Virus record (IMG/VR): IMGVR_UViG_3300042318_000924
Coordinates: 1 to 28,885 of that record
Reading direction: 5' to 3' (one strand)
Origin: a virus
Lineage: Duplodnaviria > Caudoviricetes
DNA length: 28,885 nt
The position numbers and the translations under genes are program-made. A model generated the notes under the pieces. That model did no database searches. It saw only the letters and a program-made list of their open reading frames with translations, and was not told where the DNA came from. Below, piece by piece: positions 16,310 to 25,003 of this stretch (the stretch's first letter is position 1; every line of letters starts with the position of its first letter).

Positions 16310-17293
16310 ATGAAAAAACTAGTCATATCATTTCTGGCTCTGTTGCTGTTGACAGGATGTCCAAGTATACCAAAAATGCCCAGTTTTGGAAAGAAACTAG
16401 AAAAATCCGAACAAATAGTAAAAGAACCAGAAGTGAATGTGGCGGCAGTTGTTGCAGCGCAGTCAGCAAAAGAAGCAATGGAAAGGGCAGAAATAGCGGA
16501 AAAAAAAGCAGCAGATGACAAAAAAAATATGGAGGCTGAATATGCCAAGTTAAAGGCAGAAACACAAAAGGCATATAATGATCTTCGCGAAAAAGACCTT
16601 GAGAATTTCGCTAAGATATCAGAAATAAACTATGGTGTATATCATGTAACTCAAGAAAAGAAAAAAGTAGACATTAATACCACCATTGCACATTTACGTT
16701 CAAAAGAAATAATGATGCGCACGGATATTCTAACTGACGCTAAAAAAGCAGAAATTCAAAAAGAAGTTGCTGAAGAAAAAATCATTAAAGAATCTCTTCA
16801 AAAAAGTATAGATGGATTGTATATAAAATACAAAGCAACAATTGAATTGGCTGTGAATCAAAAAGCTCAATTGGATGATGCTGAAGCAATAATTGTTCAA
16901 AAAGAAAAAGAAAAGTCGCAACTAAAAGAATCCAATCGTATTGCAATTGAAAAGATAGAAGCTGAAAAGAAAATAGAAGTTGATCGCATTCGTGCTGATG
17001 CAGTAGATCAAGTTCGTTTATTAAAAGAAGCACAACAACAAGAACTTATGGTATGGTTGGTTAGATTGTTGGGTGGTATTGGAATATTGTTTGTGATTCT
17101 CGGCGTGTTATTCAAGAGCTTCAATATGATTTTTTCTGGCATCACATTTCTGGGTCTTGCATATATGGCAACAACAATTCCTATGTGGATCGTTGGAGCA
17201 ATAGCGGCTGGTTCTATATTATTGATGGGTGTTGTTCAATTGATTGCTGCAAATAAAAAGAAAGCAGCGGATGAAGATAAGAAAAAGATATAA
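16310..17293 (+). CDS. Lipoprotein with long coiled coil and three C-terminal TM helices (327 aa); candidate spanin
   Basis: Lipobox LLTG/C at Cys17, ~200 aa E/K/A-rich helical region, three hydrophobic segments near the C-terminus, Lys-rich tail. Confidence 0.75.
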   Translation: MKKLVISFLALLLLTGCPSIPKMPSFGKKLEKSEQIVKEPEVNVAAVVAAQSAKEAMERAEIAEKKAADDKKNMEAEYAKLKAETQKAYNDLREKDLENFAKISEINYGVYHVTQEKKKVDINTTIAHLRSKEIMMRTDILTDAKKAEIQKEVAEEKIIKESLQKSIDGLYIKYKATIELAVNQKAQLDDAEAIIVQKEKEKSQLKESNRIAIEKIEAEKKIEVDRIRADAVDQVRLLKEAQQQELMVWLVRLLGGIGILFVILGVLFKSFNMIFSGITFLGLAYMATTIPMWIVGAIAAGSILLMGVVQLIAANKKKAADEDKKKI

Positions 17294-17372
17294 ATAATAT
17301 CTTAGTTTTTATATATACACAAAACTTTTTGTAGTTCATATATATGAGTAACAATCAATCGTTACAAATATT

Positions 17373-18236
17373 ATGTCAGACACAACCATTCCTGTATCAA
17401 AGTCAGCACCGTTCAATAACGCGGTCAAAACTGCATTGATTCAAAATCAAGCAGAAGCACCAAAGCAAAATATACCAACTGAAAATGTAGATTTGCCATC
17501 TCAAGGTTATTTTTATCCAGCCAATCATCCATTGAGCAATGGCAAGATTGAAATATACCAAGTCACAGCTCGCCATGAAGACATTCTGAGCAACACCAAT
17601 TTACTCAAGAAAGGCACAGTGTTGGATGAGTTTCTAAAAGCACTTATTGCTACACCAAATGTTGGTATAGAAGATCTGCTTATTGGTGACAAAAATGCAT
17701 TGTTTATTGCTGCTCGCAAAAGTGCATATGGTGAAAATTATACCACAAAAATCAAGTGCCCAGAATGCGGCGTTGAATCAAATGTGGAAATTGATTTGGG
17801 TGTATTAAAAGCCAAACCACTGAACACAGATATGCTGACAAAAGGTGAAAACAGATTGTCGTTCAAATTGCCAAATTCTGGTAAAGTTGTTACAGTCAGT
17901 TTGCTGACCCATAAAGATGAAACTGATATTGACGCTGAACTAAAAGCATTGGCTAAATTTAGCGGAGCCAACAATACAAATGCTCCGGAAATCACCACTC
18001 GTTTGAAATATACTATAAAGTCGATTGATGGTGAATCTGATCGTGGTAAAATTAAGAATTTTGTTGATACTCAACTAACAGCCAAAGATAGTTTGGCTCT
18101 ACGCAAGTTTGTGCGCGAAAACACACCAGACATGAATATGAATTTTGACTTTACTTGTCCAGCATGTGGGCATCAAGTCAAGATGACTGTTCCATTGGGA
18201 GCAAATTTCTTCTGGCCAAACTTGACCGAGAACTAA
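17373..18236 (+). CDS. T4 gp26-like baseplate hub assembly/tail assembly chaperone (287 aa)
   Basis: VDLPSQGYFYP, TARHEDIL, LLIGDKNALFIAARKSAYG, CPECG, CPACG, C-terminal FFWP. Lies upstream of the tape measure gene. Confidence 0.8.
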   Translation: MSDTTIPVSKSAPFNNAVKTALIQNQAEAPKQNIPTENVDLPSQGYFYPANHPLSNGKIEIYQVTARHEDILSNTNLLKKGTVLDEFLKALIATPNVGIEDLLIGDKNALFIAARKSAYGENYTTKIKCPECGVESNVEIDLGVLKAKPLNTDMLTKGENRLSFKLPNSGKVVTVSLLTHKDETDIDAELKALAKFSGANNTNAPEITTRLKYTIKSIDGESDRGKIKNFVDTQLTAKDSLALRKFVRENTPDMNMNFDFTCPACGHQVKMTVPLGANFFWPNLTEN

Positions 18237-18244
18237 AATGAAGC

Positions 18245-19162
18245 GTGAATCTGCACGCCGAAATCATTGATCTGGCATCAGAAGGATATTTCTATCCAAG
18301 CGGTTCGCGATATGCTTCCGGTAAATTAAATATATTTCCTATAACGGGACAACACGAAGAACTGTTGTGTAATAATAATTTGGCCAAACGCGGCCTATTG
18401 GAAACATCATTTCTTGATGCTGTTGTAGAAGGTGGTATAGACACCAGTGAATTGTTGTATTGTGATAAGCAAGCAATATTATTGAATCTGCGTATTGCCA
18501 ATTATGGTGCTTATACAAAAATGAAAGCACAATGTTCAGAATGTGATTCTGAATATGAACATGATATATCATTTGCATTTCGCGGCAAAATGTTTGATTT
18601 TTCAATATATGAACGCGGAAATAATTGTTTGAGTTACACTTTTCAAAAATGCAAAAAGAATGTATATTTCAAATTACCAACCTGCAATGAACATGATATA
18701 TATATAAAACATGGTTGGTTGGCTTTTGCCAAAGCCATAACTTTGAGAATAGATGATGTAGAAGATATAAATAATTTTTATGAATATGAACTGAGTGCAA
18801 CAGATAGCAAATTGTTTAGAAAGTTTTATGAAGAACATACACCAGGTTATATAAATGAAATAGCAGTAAGTTGTCCAACATGCAACGCGGTAAGAAAGAG
18901 TAAAATGGACATAAATACAGATATATTTGCCATAAGACCAGAAAGTAAAATGAACATACACAGTGAGATATTTGATCTTTGTTATTATAGTAATGGAGCA
19001 TTTACTCAAGAAGGTGTATATAAAATGCCCACAATGCTGCGTGCGTTTTATATCAAAAAGTTGGTGGATGCCAAGAAAGCAGAAGCAGACGCCAACAAAT
19101 CAGCCAGTGAAGGAAGCAAACAACCCAGCAAGATAGCACGTCCTCCAACGGCAAAAAAGTAA
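18245..19162 (+). CDS. Diverged paralog of the preceding gene with an in-frame C-terminal chaperone-T/gp51-like extension (305 aa)
   Basis: Colinear motifs IDLASEGYFYP, TGQHEELL, DKQAILLNLRIANYG, CSEC, CPTC, then an extra MNIHSEIFDLCYY...VYKMPTMLRAFYIKKL segment. Confidence 0.75.
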   Translation: MNLHAEIIDLASEGYFYPSGSRYASGKLNIFPITGQHEELLCNNNLAKRGLLETSFLDAVVEGGIDTSELLYCDKQAILLNLRIANYGAYTKMKAQCSECDSEYEHDISFAFRGKMFDFSIYERGNNCLSYTFQKCKKNVYFKLPTCNEHDIYIKHGWLAFAKAITLRIDDVEDINNFYEYELSATDSKLFRKFYEEHTPGYINEIAVSCPTCNAVRKSKMDINTDIFAIRPESKMNIHSEIFDLCYYSNGAFTQEGVYKMPTMLRAFYIKKLVDAKKAEADANKSASEGSKQPSKIARPPTAKK

Positions 19163-19206
19163 CCAAAAGTGATATTTATAATATAACACTAACGAATTTA
19201 TAATAA

Positions 19207-22200
19207 ATGGCCGACGACCCAATCACAGACGCATCAGATTCTACCAAGAAATTGGCAAGACATATATTAGACGCAGAAAAATCGTCTAAAGATTTTGTTG
19301 AAAATTTTAAAGATAGTTTGGATGTTGCTAAATTGCTGACGAAAACGGTAGAAAATTTATTTAATGAGATAGAAAAAAACCAACTAAAACTAAACAAAAA
19401 TAATGAAATTTTAAAAAAAGTTAATGGTGCGATACAATCAAACTTGGCAAAACAGGCAGCAATAGAAGCAAGCATTACTTCACATCAACAAGAGAGAAAC
19501 AAACTTTCCGGTGATTTGTGGTTGAATGAAGAAAAAAAGTTGGATTTGTCCAAACAATTATTGGCGATTGAATCTGAAATGGATGACGCTCAAATGCGGG
19601 CAATACACAACGAAGAAGACTTGTCAGAAGAATATAGTAAAATGATGCAAGTAAGAGAAAAAATCATGTCCGACCAGAAAAAAAACTCCATCGAAGGAGC
19701 ATCGTTATCTAGAAAATTGCAAGTCAATGAACGGCAACTAACCGAAGATATTGGCAAGAGGAACAAACTGGGAGAACAGTATAATAAATTAGTAGAGCGA
19801 AAAAATAAATTAGAGGATAACAACAAAGGATTGGAATCGGCAATTGATGCATTGGAGCAACAAGTATTTTTGGTAAAATGGATACAACTTGCGTATGAAA
19901 GATTTGTTGAATTAGATAGAGCAGCCGAATCATTCAGAAAAGAAACGGGATTTAGCAATACTCAAATGGTAGAATTGCGATCAAATGCAGAATCTGTTAA
20001 TAGACAATTCCAAGATATGGGCGTTAGTATAGAAAAAGCATACGCCTCGGCAAAAGCATTGACTGATGTATTTGGTAGAACTTCCCTTGTAACAAAAGAA
20101 ACTCTTGGGAATGTAGCGTTGTTGTCAGCAAACCTTGGCGTGGCAGAAGCAGATTCTGCAAATGTATTGGCTAATTTCCAAGGACTTGGTGGAGCCACGC
20201 AAGAAGCCGCGATGAATGTAATCAAGGTTGGTGCTGGTATATCCGAGAAGGCGGGCATACCGTTTAAGTTGGTGATGAATGATATTGCCAATGCATCTGA
20301 ACAAACCACAGCGATGTTGGGTGCAAATCCAAGCAAGCTCATGAAGTCTGCAATTGCTGCAAGAGCACTGGGAACAGACATGAACAAGATTGTATCTTCT
20401 CAGCGCAAATTACTGGATTATAGCAGCAGTATCAATGATGAATTGGAAACCAGTGCATTGTTAGGCAGAAGCATATCTTTCCAAAAGTCTAGACAACTTG
20501 CATATGATGGAGACATAGTTGGTGCTGCCAGGGCAACACTTGAAACTGTAAAGCGTGCCGGTGATTTTGAGAAGATGAGTGTGTATCAACGCGAGGCACT
20601 CGCCAAGGCGGCAGGCATGGAACTCAAAGACCTCACCAAGATGATTGCCGTTGAAAAGCAAAGAGATGCTATATTACTAGGCGGGGATCAAGCGGCAAAA
20701 GATAAACTATTAGCACAAGAAGCCGAGTTGGAAAACTTAAAAAATATGACATCTCTTGATGATGCCAACTTGGTAAAACAAAATGAAAAAGTACTGATGC
20801 AACAAAAAATGCAAGGAATGATGAGTAACTTTGCAAACACGTTCCAATCACTTTTGGTTTCATTGGCAGACATTCTTGAACCGGTCGTTCGAGTGGTTGC
20901 AATGATACTTTTACCGGCATTTAAAATAGTGTCAGCTTTGATACGCGGAATGTTGAAACCAATACTAAACATTGGACAGGCTTTGATGGGAAATGCAGAA
21001 AATACAAAGAAATTTGCAGCTTTTGCAGAAAAAGTATCGGCTGTTATGGTGACTGTATATGATTGGTCTGAAAAAATTGGAGAGGTGATTGGGGAAATTT
21101 TCTTGGCACTAAACAGAGTTACTGGTATTGCTAGATTATTTGGAAGCAACTTTGACGCAGTTGCATCAACCGCAAAACTTATTTCATCACTTGCTGGAAA
21201 AATAGGAACTAATTTTGGATTTTTAAAAACAATATTTCAATCGGTGGTACCGATTGTGGAATTTATTGCATCCGGATTCTCCAGAGTTTATAATTTATTT
21301 AAGCCATTAATTTCTATGGCAAGCAACTTTTTTGGAATTGCTTCTAAAGGAGCATCATTTGTTGGTCCTTTTGTTAAAGTTTTTGGTATGATTGCAAAGT
21401 TTGCGGGACCAATTGGGTTAATAATAAATGCGGTACAAGTTGTAGTTGATCTTGTAGGTCAATGGATGGACATATGGTCAAGTGAGGATATGGATCTTGG
21501 TGATAAATTATTACAGTCATTTCTCGCAATTCCGAGTGCATTATTCAATGTATTAATATCGCCATTTATAGATTTGGGAGTATGGATAGCAAGAAAATTT
21601 GGAGCCGACATACCAGATGATATGGTCGAAGGTATAAAATCTGTCGGAAGAGAAATTACACAATGGTTATTGATGCCATTTGTGAAAGCATATGAATGGT
21701 TAAAGAAAACATTCCTTGGCAACTCTCCTTCTGAAATTGGTTTGATGATAGTGGATGGTATAAAAGCAATCGGCGGAATGTTACTCGATGTAATAACATT
21801 CCCATTCAGAACCGCGTTTAATTTTATATCTGGTATATTCGGTGGAGACGGTGATCTTGGAGACACTATAATTGATGGTGTGAAGTCGATAGCAGGATTT
21901 GTGTTCGATGTGTTGACATGGCCACACAGAAAACTATTGGATTTTGTATCCGATTTGTTTGGTGGCGATGGTGATATTGTTGGAACTATGATAGATGGAA
22001 TTAAAACCGCAGCAGGTTTTATTTTTGACGTTTTAACTCTTCCATTCAGATCAATTGTTAATTTTATCTCTGGTATATTTGGTGGAGACGGAAACCTTGG
22101 AACTTCTATTGTAGATGGTATCAAATCCTCGTTTGGTGCTGCTTTTGATTTTATCACATCCGCATTCTCACTTGTTGTAGATAGCATTAAAAATGCAGCG

Positions 22201-22587
22201 TCCGAAATATTTGGTTTCATTACATCTCCATTCAAAAAAGCACTTGATTTTGTTAAAAACATTCCATTTATTGGAAAATTGTTTGGTGGAAATGATATCG
22301 CTGCCGAATCCAAGCCTCAAATAGACAGCACCACGATGGAAACGGCTGGTGTCATAGAAGTAAAGAATCTAGATGCATTGAGAGAAGTTGTGCAACAATT
22401 AACAGATGCTGTAGCAAATCTTGGCAAATCTGATAAAACAGAAACACTAACAGCCGGAACAAAAATTGACACATCTGCATTAGAAGATAAACTTGATAAA
22501 CTAACTGATTTATTGGTCGGTGGAGCTGTAAGAGTATATTTGGATGGAAGTGATGTGAGTGCAGCCATGTCAGCAACTGGAAGATAA
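19207..22587 (+). CDS. Tape measure protein (1126 aa)
   Basis: Long helical/coiled-coil protein, Ala/Gly-rich amphipathic C-half with periodic W/F/P. Located between the chaperone and baseplate genes. TATTTATA at 19173. Confidence 0.9.
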   Translation: MADDPITDASDSTKKLARHILDAEKSSKDFVENFKDSLDVAKLLTKTVENLFNEIEKNQLKLNKNNEILKKVNGAIQSNLAKQAAIEASITSHQQERNKLSGDLWLNEEKKLDLSKQLLAIESEMDDAQMRAIHNEEDLSEEYSKMMQVREKIMSDQKKNSIEGASLSRKLQVNERQLTEDIGKRNKLGEQYNKLVERKNKLEDNNKGLESAIDALEQQVFLVKWIQLAYERFVELDRAAESFRKETGFSNTQMVELRSNAESVNRQFQDMGVSIEKAYASAKALTDVFGRTSLVTKETLGNVALLSANLGVAEADSANVLANFQGLGGATQEAAMNVIKVGAGISEKAGIPFKLVMNDIANASEQTTAMLGANPSKLMKSAIAARALGTDMNKIVSSQRKLLDYSSSINDELETSALLGRSISFQKSRQLAYDGDIVGAARATLETVKRAGDFEKMSVYQREALAKAAGMELKDLTKMIAVEKQRDAILLGGDQAAKDKLLAQEAELENLKNMTSLDDANLVKQNEKVLMQQKMQGMMSNFANTFQSLLVSLADILEPVVRVVAMILLPAFKIVSALIRGMLKPILNIGQALMGNAENTKKFAAFAEKVSAVMVTVYDWSEKIGEVIGEIFLALNRVTGIARLFGSNFDAVASTAKLISSLAGKIGTNFGFLKTIFQSVVPIVEFIASGFSRVYNLFKPLISMASNFFGIASKGASFVGPFVKVFGMIAKFAGPIGLIINAVQVVVDLVGQWMDIWSSEDMDLGDKLLQSFLAIPSALFNVLISPFIDLGVWIARKFGADIPDDMVEGIKSVGREITQWLLMPFVKAYEWLKKTFLGNSPSEIGLMIVDGIKAIGGMLLDVITFPFRTAFNFISGIFGGDGDLGDTIIDGVKSIAGFVFDVLTWPHRKLLDFVSDLFGGDGDIVGTMIDGIKTAAGFIFDVLTLPFRSIVNFISGIFGGDGNLGTSIVDGIKSSFGAAFDFITSAFSLVVDSIKNAASEIFGFITSPFKKALDFVKNIPFIGKLFGGNDIAAESKPQIDSTTMETAGVIEVKNLDALREVVQQLTDAVANLGKSDKTETLTAGTKIDTSALEDKLDKLTDLLVGGAVRVYLDGSDVSAAMSATGR
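21748..22140 (+). repeat. 40-aa (120-bp) tandem repeat in the tape measure gene, about 3.3 copies
   Basis: I.DGIK..AG..FDVLT.PFR...NFISGIFGGDG.LG repeated. ggtggagacgg/ggtggcgatgg at 21841, 21961 and 22081. Confidence 0.85.
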
Positions 22588-22604
22588 TGATATTTATATA
22601 GAAT

Positions 22605-24692
22605 ATGTTAGAAGAATTACCAATACCAAACGGATTTAGCCCAATACAAAGAACAACGGCTGATCAAAGAGTGGCTACATTTCAAGCCAACTCTAATTCT
22701 ATATATAATAAATATAGTCCGTTCACAACATATAGTATTGGACCATCACAGCCATTTGTATATACCAAAATAAGTGATTCAACATTTATTAAAAATCTTA
22801 CCAAATATGATAGCCAAGCATCTCCGATTGGTTCAACAGTAAGAGATTTGCAAAGAATTGGTAAATATTCAGTAACAGGAAATGGATTCAAGTTCTTCAG
22901 CAGTCAGAGGTCGATGCAAAATGCAAATGCTTTTAATGAAACAAGAGTATACAATCCATTAAGTTTATTGAAAGCAACAGCAAAACCCGGTTCGTTTGGA
23001 TTGATTGATTATCCGATTCGTCACATGGAAACGGTTGGATTAGACTTTTTTAGGACTGCAATTCTTAGTACGCTTGGCATACAATCCTGTGAAATGGAAG
23101 CCCAAAGTGCAAATCCAATAGATGGAACTGCGACTCGCGACGTTTCAGACTATGCGGGTGGCCGGGGAGGAAGCAGAGCGGGAAAACTTCGTCTTAATAC
23201 AGCAATGTCGGCAGACGATAGATTTTCAAGAACATGGATTACTACCACAAGCGGTCCAAAAAAAAATAAGACTTTTTTACAAAATTTGTTGGATGGTTTG
23301 ATAAAAAATTTAAAAAATAATATTTCGGGTACCAATCCACGCTGGCGCAGTGGTATAAACGGAAACCCAGATTTATCTTGGGAATTTAGACCGGAATATC
23401 CAAATGGCAACGACGGTGCATATCATGTATTTTTGGAAGACAAGGCTGAATTACTATCCACTACCGCCACAAACTATCCAAAATTTTACAATGGTAAAAT
23501 TGAATTAAACATTGATCTAAAAAATAACGTTAAAGTTTTTCATAAATATTCACCACAAAAACAAAAGAGAAAAGATACAATAGTTTGGTATGCAGATGAT
23601 GATAAAATTAAAACTGAAGGATTAACTTCAGACCCAAGTACCGGTGGAATAGGAGCATTGCAAGGAACTACGGGGTTGAAAAATGTGTATGCGGAATACA
23701 TTAAAACTATTGAGTCGTTTGATATAAATAAACCTATTCAATCCAGACGGTCAACAGAAGCATATGATAGATTAAAATTTAAAAATCCAGACGGAAATGA
23801 AACGTCATATCCATCTTATAAAGACATACCGGGTAAAGGAAGCACCAACGAGAAGTTTGAATCTCTGATGCAAAAAGCGGCGGGAATTATTACTCTTGAT
23901 GATAGAATGTTTGCAAAAGTATCTGACTATGAAGACAATTCTTTGGCAAATGCAAGTGACCAATATAATGAATATGATGTCATTAAGGGAGAAAGAGGAA
24001 CTGTACCAAATGAGTTATTGGCAAAATCCGATAACAAGCAATCTCAAGATTTAATCTTTTTTTACTTTTATGATTTGATCAACAAGATATATGTACCATT
24101 CAGAGCAACTATCACATCTTTGAGCGACCAACACAGTGCAGAATGGGAAGATATAAGTTATATTGGTCGCGCAGATAAATTATTTTTGTACAAAGGTTTT
24201 AGCCGAGATGTAAACTTTTCATTCACTGTATATGCAAACAGTGCGCTAGAAATGCTACCGATGTGGAACAGAATCAATTATTTGGTTGGATTTACAAAAC
24301 CAAGCAAATACACCGGTAAAGCAACTGTGACAAATGACGCAGCAACCGATGATACATCCGGAAAAGAAAGTCGTTTTATTTATCCACCAATGGTTACATT
24401 GCGATTAGGAGATTTATTTTATGATCAACCGTGCGTGGTCAGTAATATTGGCATAAATATACCAGATGACACAAATTGGGAAACACTGCGTTCGGAAGAT
24501 TATTCATATGTAGCAAGCCCAACCAAAACAATCAATATCAATGGTGTAAAATCTCGTCAATTACCAATGAAAGTGGATGTATCAATTGCATTAAAGTTGA
24601 TGGAAAAACGACAATCGCTGGGCAGCGATGCTCACTACGGCAATGCATCATATAAAACAGATGGAACAGTAAACGAGAGGTGGTTATTATGA
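22605..24692 (+). CDS. Baseplate/tail-tube initiator-like protein (695 aa)
   Basis: C-terminal tube-like domain (FRATITSLSD...W...YIGRADKLFLYKGFSRDVNFSF...PPMVTLRLGDL). Directly follows the tape measure gene and precedes the LysM gene. Confidence 0.65.
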   Translation: MLEELPIPNGFSPIQRTTADQRVATFQANSNSIYNKYSPFTTYSIGPSQPFVYTKISDSTFIKNLTKYDSQASPIGSTVRDLQRIGKYSVTGNGFKFFSSQRSMQNANAFNETRVYNPLSLLKATAKPGSFGLIDYPIRHMETVGLDFFRTAILSTLGIQSCEMEAQSANPIDGTATRDVSDYAGGRGGSRAGKLRLNTAMSADDRFSRTWITTTSGPKKNKTFLQNLLDGLIKNLKNNISGTNPRWRSGINGNPDLSWEFRPEYPNGNDGAYHVFLEDKAELLSTTATNYPKFYNGKIELNIDLKNNVKVFHKYSPQKQKRKDTIVWYADDDKIKTEGLTSDPSTGGIGALQGTTGLKNVYAEYIKTIESFDINKPIQSRRSTEAYDRLKFKNPDGNETSYPSYKDIPGKGSTNEKFESLMQKAAGIITLDDRMFAKVSDYEDNSLANASDQYNEYDVIKGERGTVPNELLAKSDNKQSQDLIFFYFYDLINKIYVPFRATITSLSDQHSAEWEDISYIGRADKLFLYKGFSRDVNFSFTVYANSALEMLPMWNRINYLVGFTKPSKYTGKATVTNDAATDDTSGKESRFIYPPMVTLRLGDLFYDQPCVVSNIGINIPDDTNWETLRSEDYSYVASPTKTININGVKSRQLPMKVDVSIALKLMEKRQSLGSDAHYGNASYKTDGTVNERWLL

Positions 24693-24991
24693 ACAGATAT
24701 ATATCAAACAAGAACAATGTGTTTAATCGTTATGACGGAAAAAGAGTGTATAGAACCACTCGCTATCCAAAAATACCATATTATACCAATGATATTTATG
24801 TGGTGGCCAATGAAACAGATTATTTAGATAGCATGGCCAGCAAATATTATGGAGATGCAACTTTGTGGTGGATTATTGCTCAAGCCAATGGCATCAAAGC
24901 CACACTCAAAGCACCAACGGGAAAACAAATAAGAATACCAATAAACACAGACACAATCGTCTCAAATTTTAGAAGAGAGAATTCAATATAA
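24689..24991 (+). CDS. LysM-like baseplate wedge protein (P2 gpX/T4 gp53-like, 100 aa)
   Basis: DYLDSMASKYYGDATLWWIIAQANGI...GKQIRIP. ATGA overlap at 24689. Confidence 0.85.
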   Translation: MNRYISNKNNVFNRYDGKRVYRTTRYPKIPYYTNDIYVVANETDYLDSMASKYYGDATLWWIIAQANGIKATLKAPTGKQIRIPINTDTIVSNFRRENSI

Positions 24992-25003
24992 AGGTTATAT
25001 ACT

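Noticed and set aside
17289-17296. Exact T4 late promoter TATAAATA
   Set aside because: A single instance overlapping a stop codon in AT-rich DNA. The recurrent upstream word here is TATTTATA.
21459-22313. 284-aa antisense ORF within the tape measure gene
   Set aside because: Mirror of the repetitive sense codons, with no independent motifs or expression signals.
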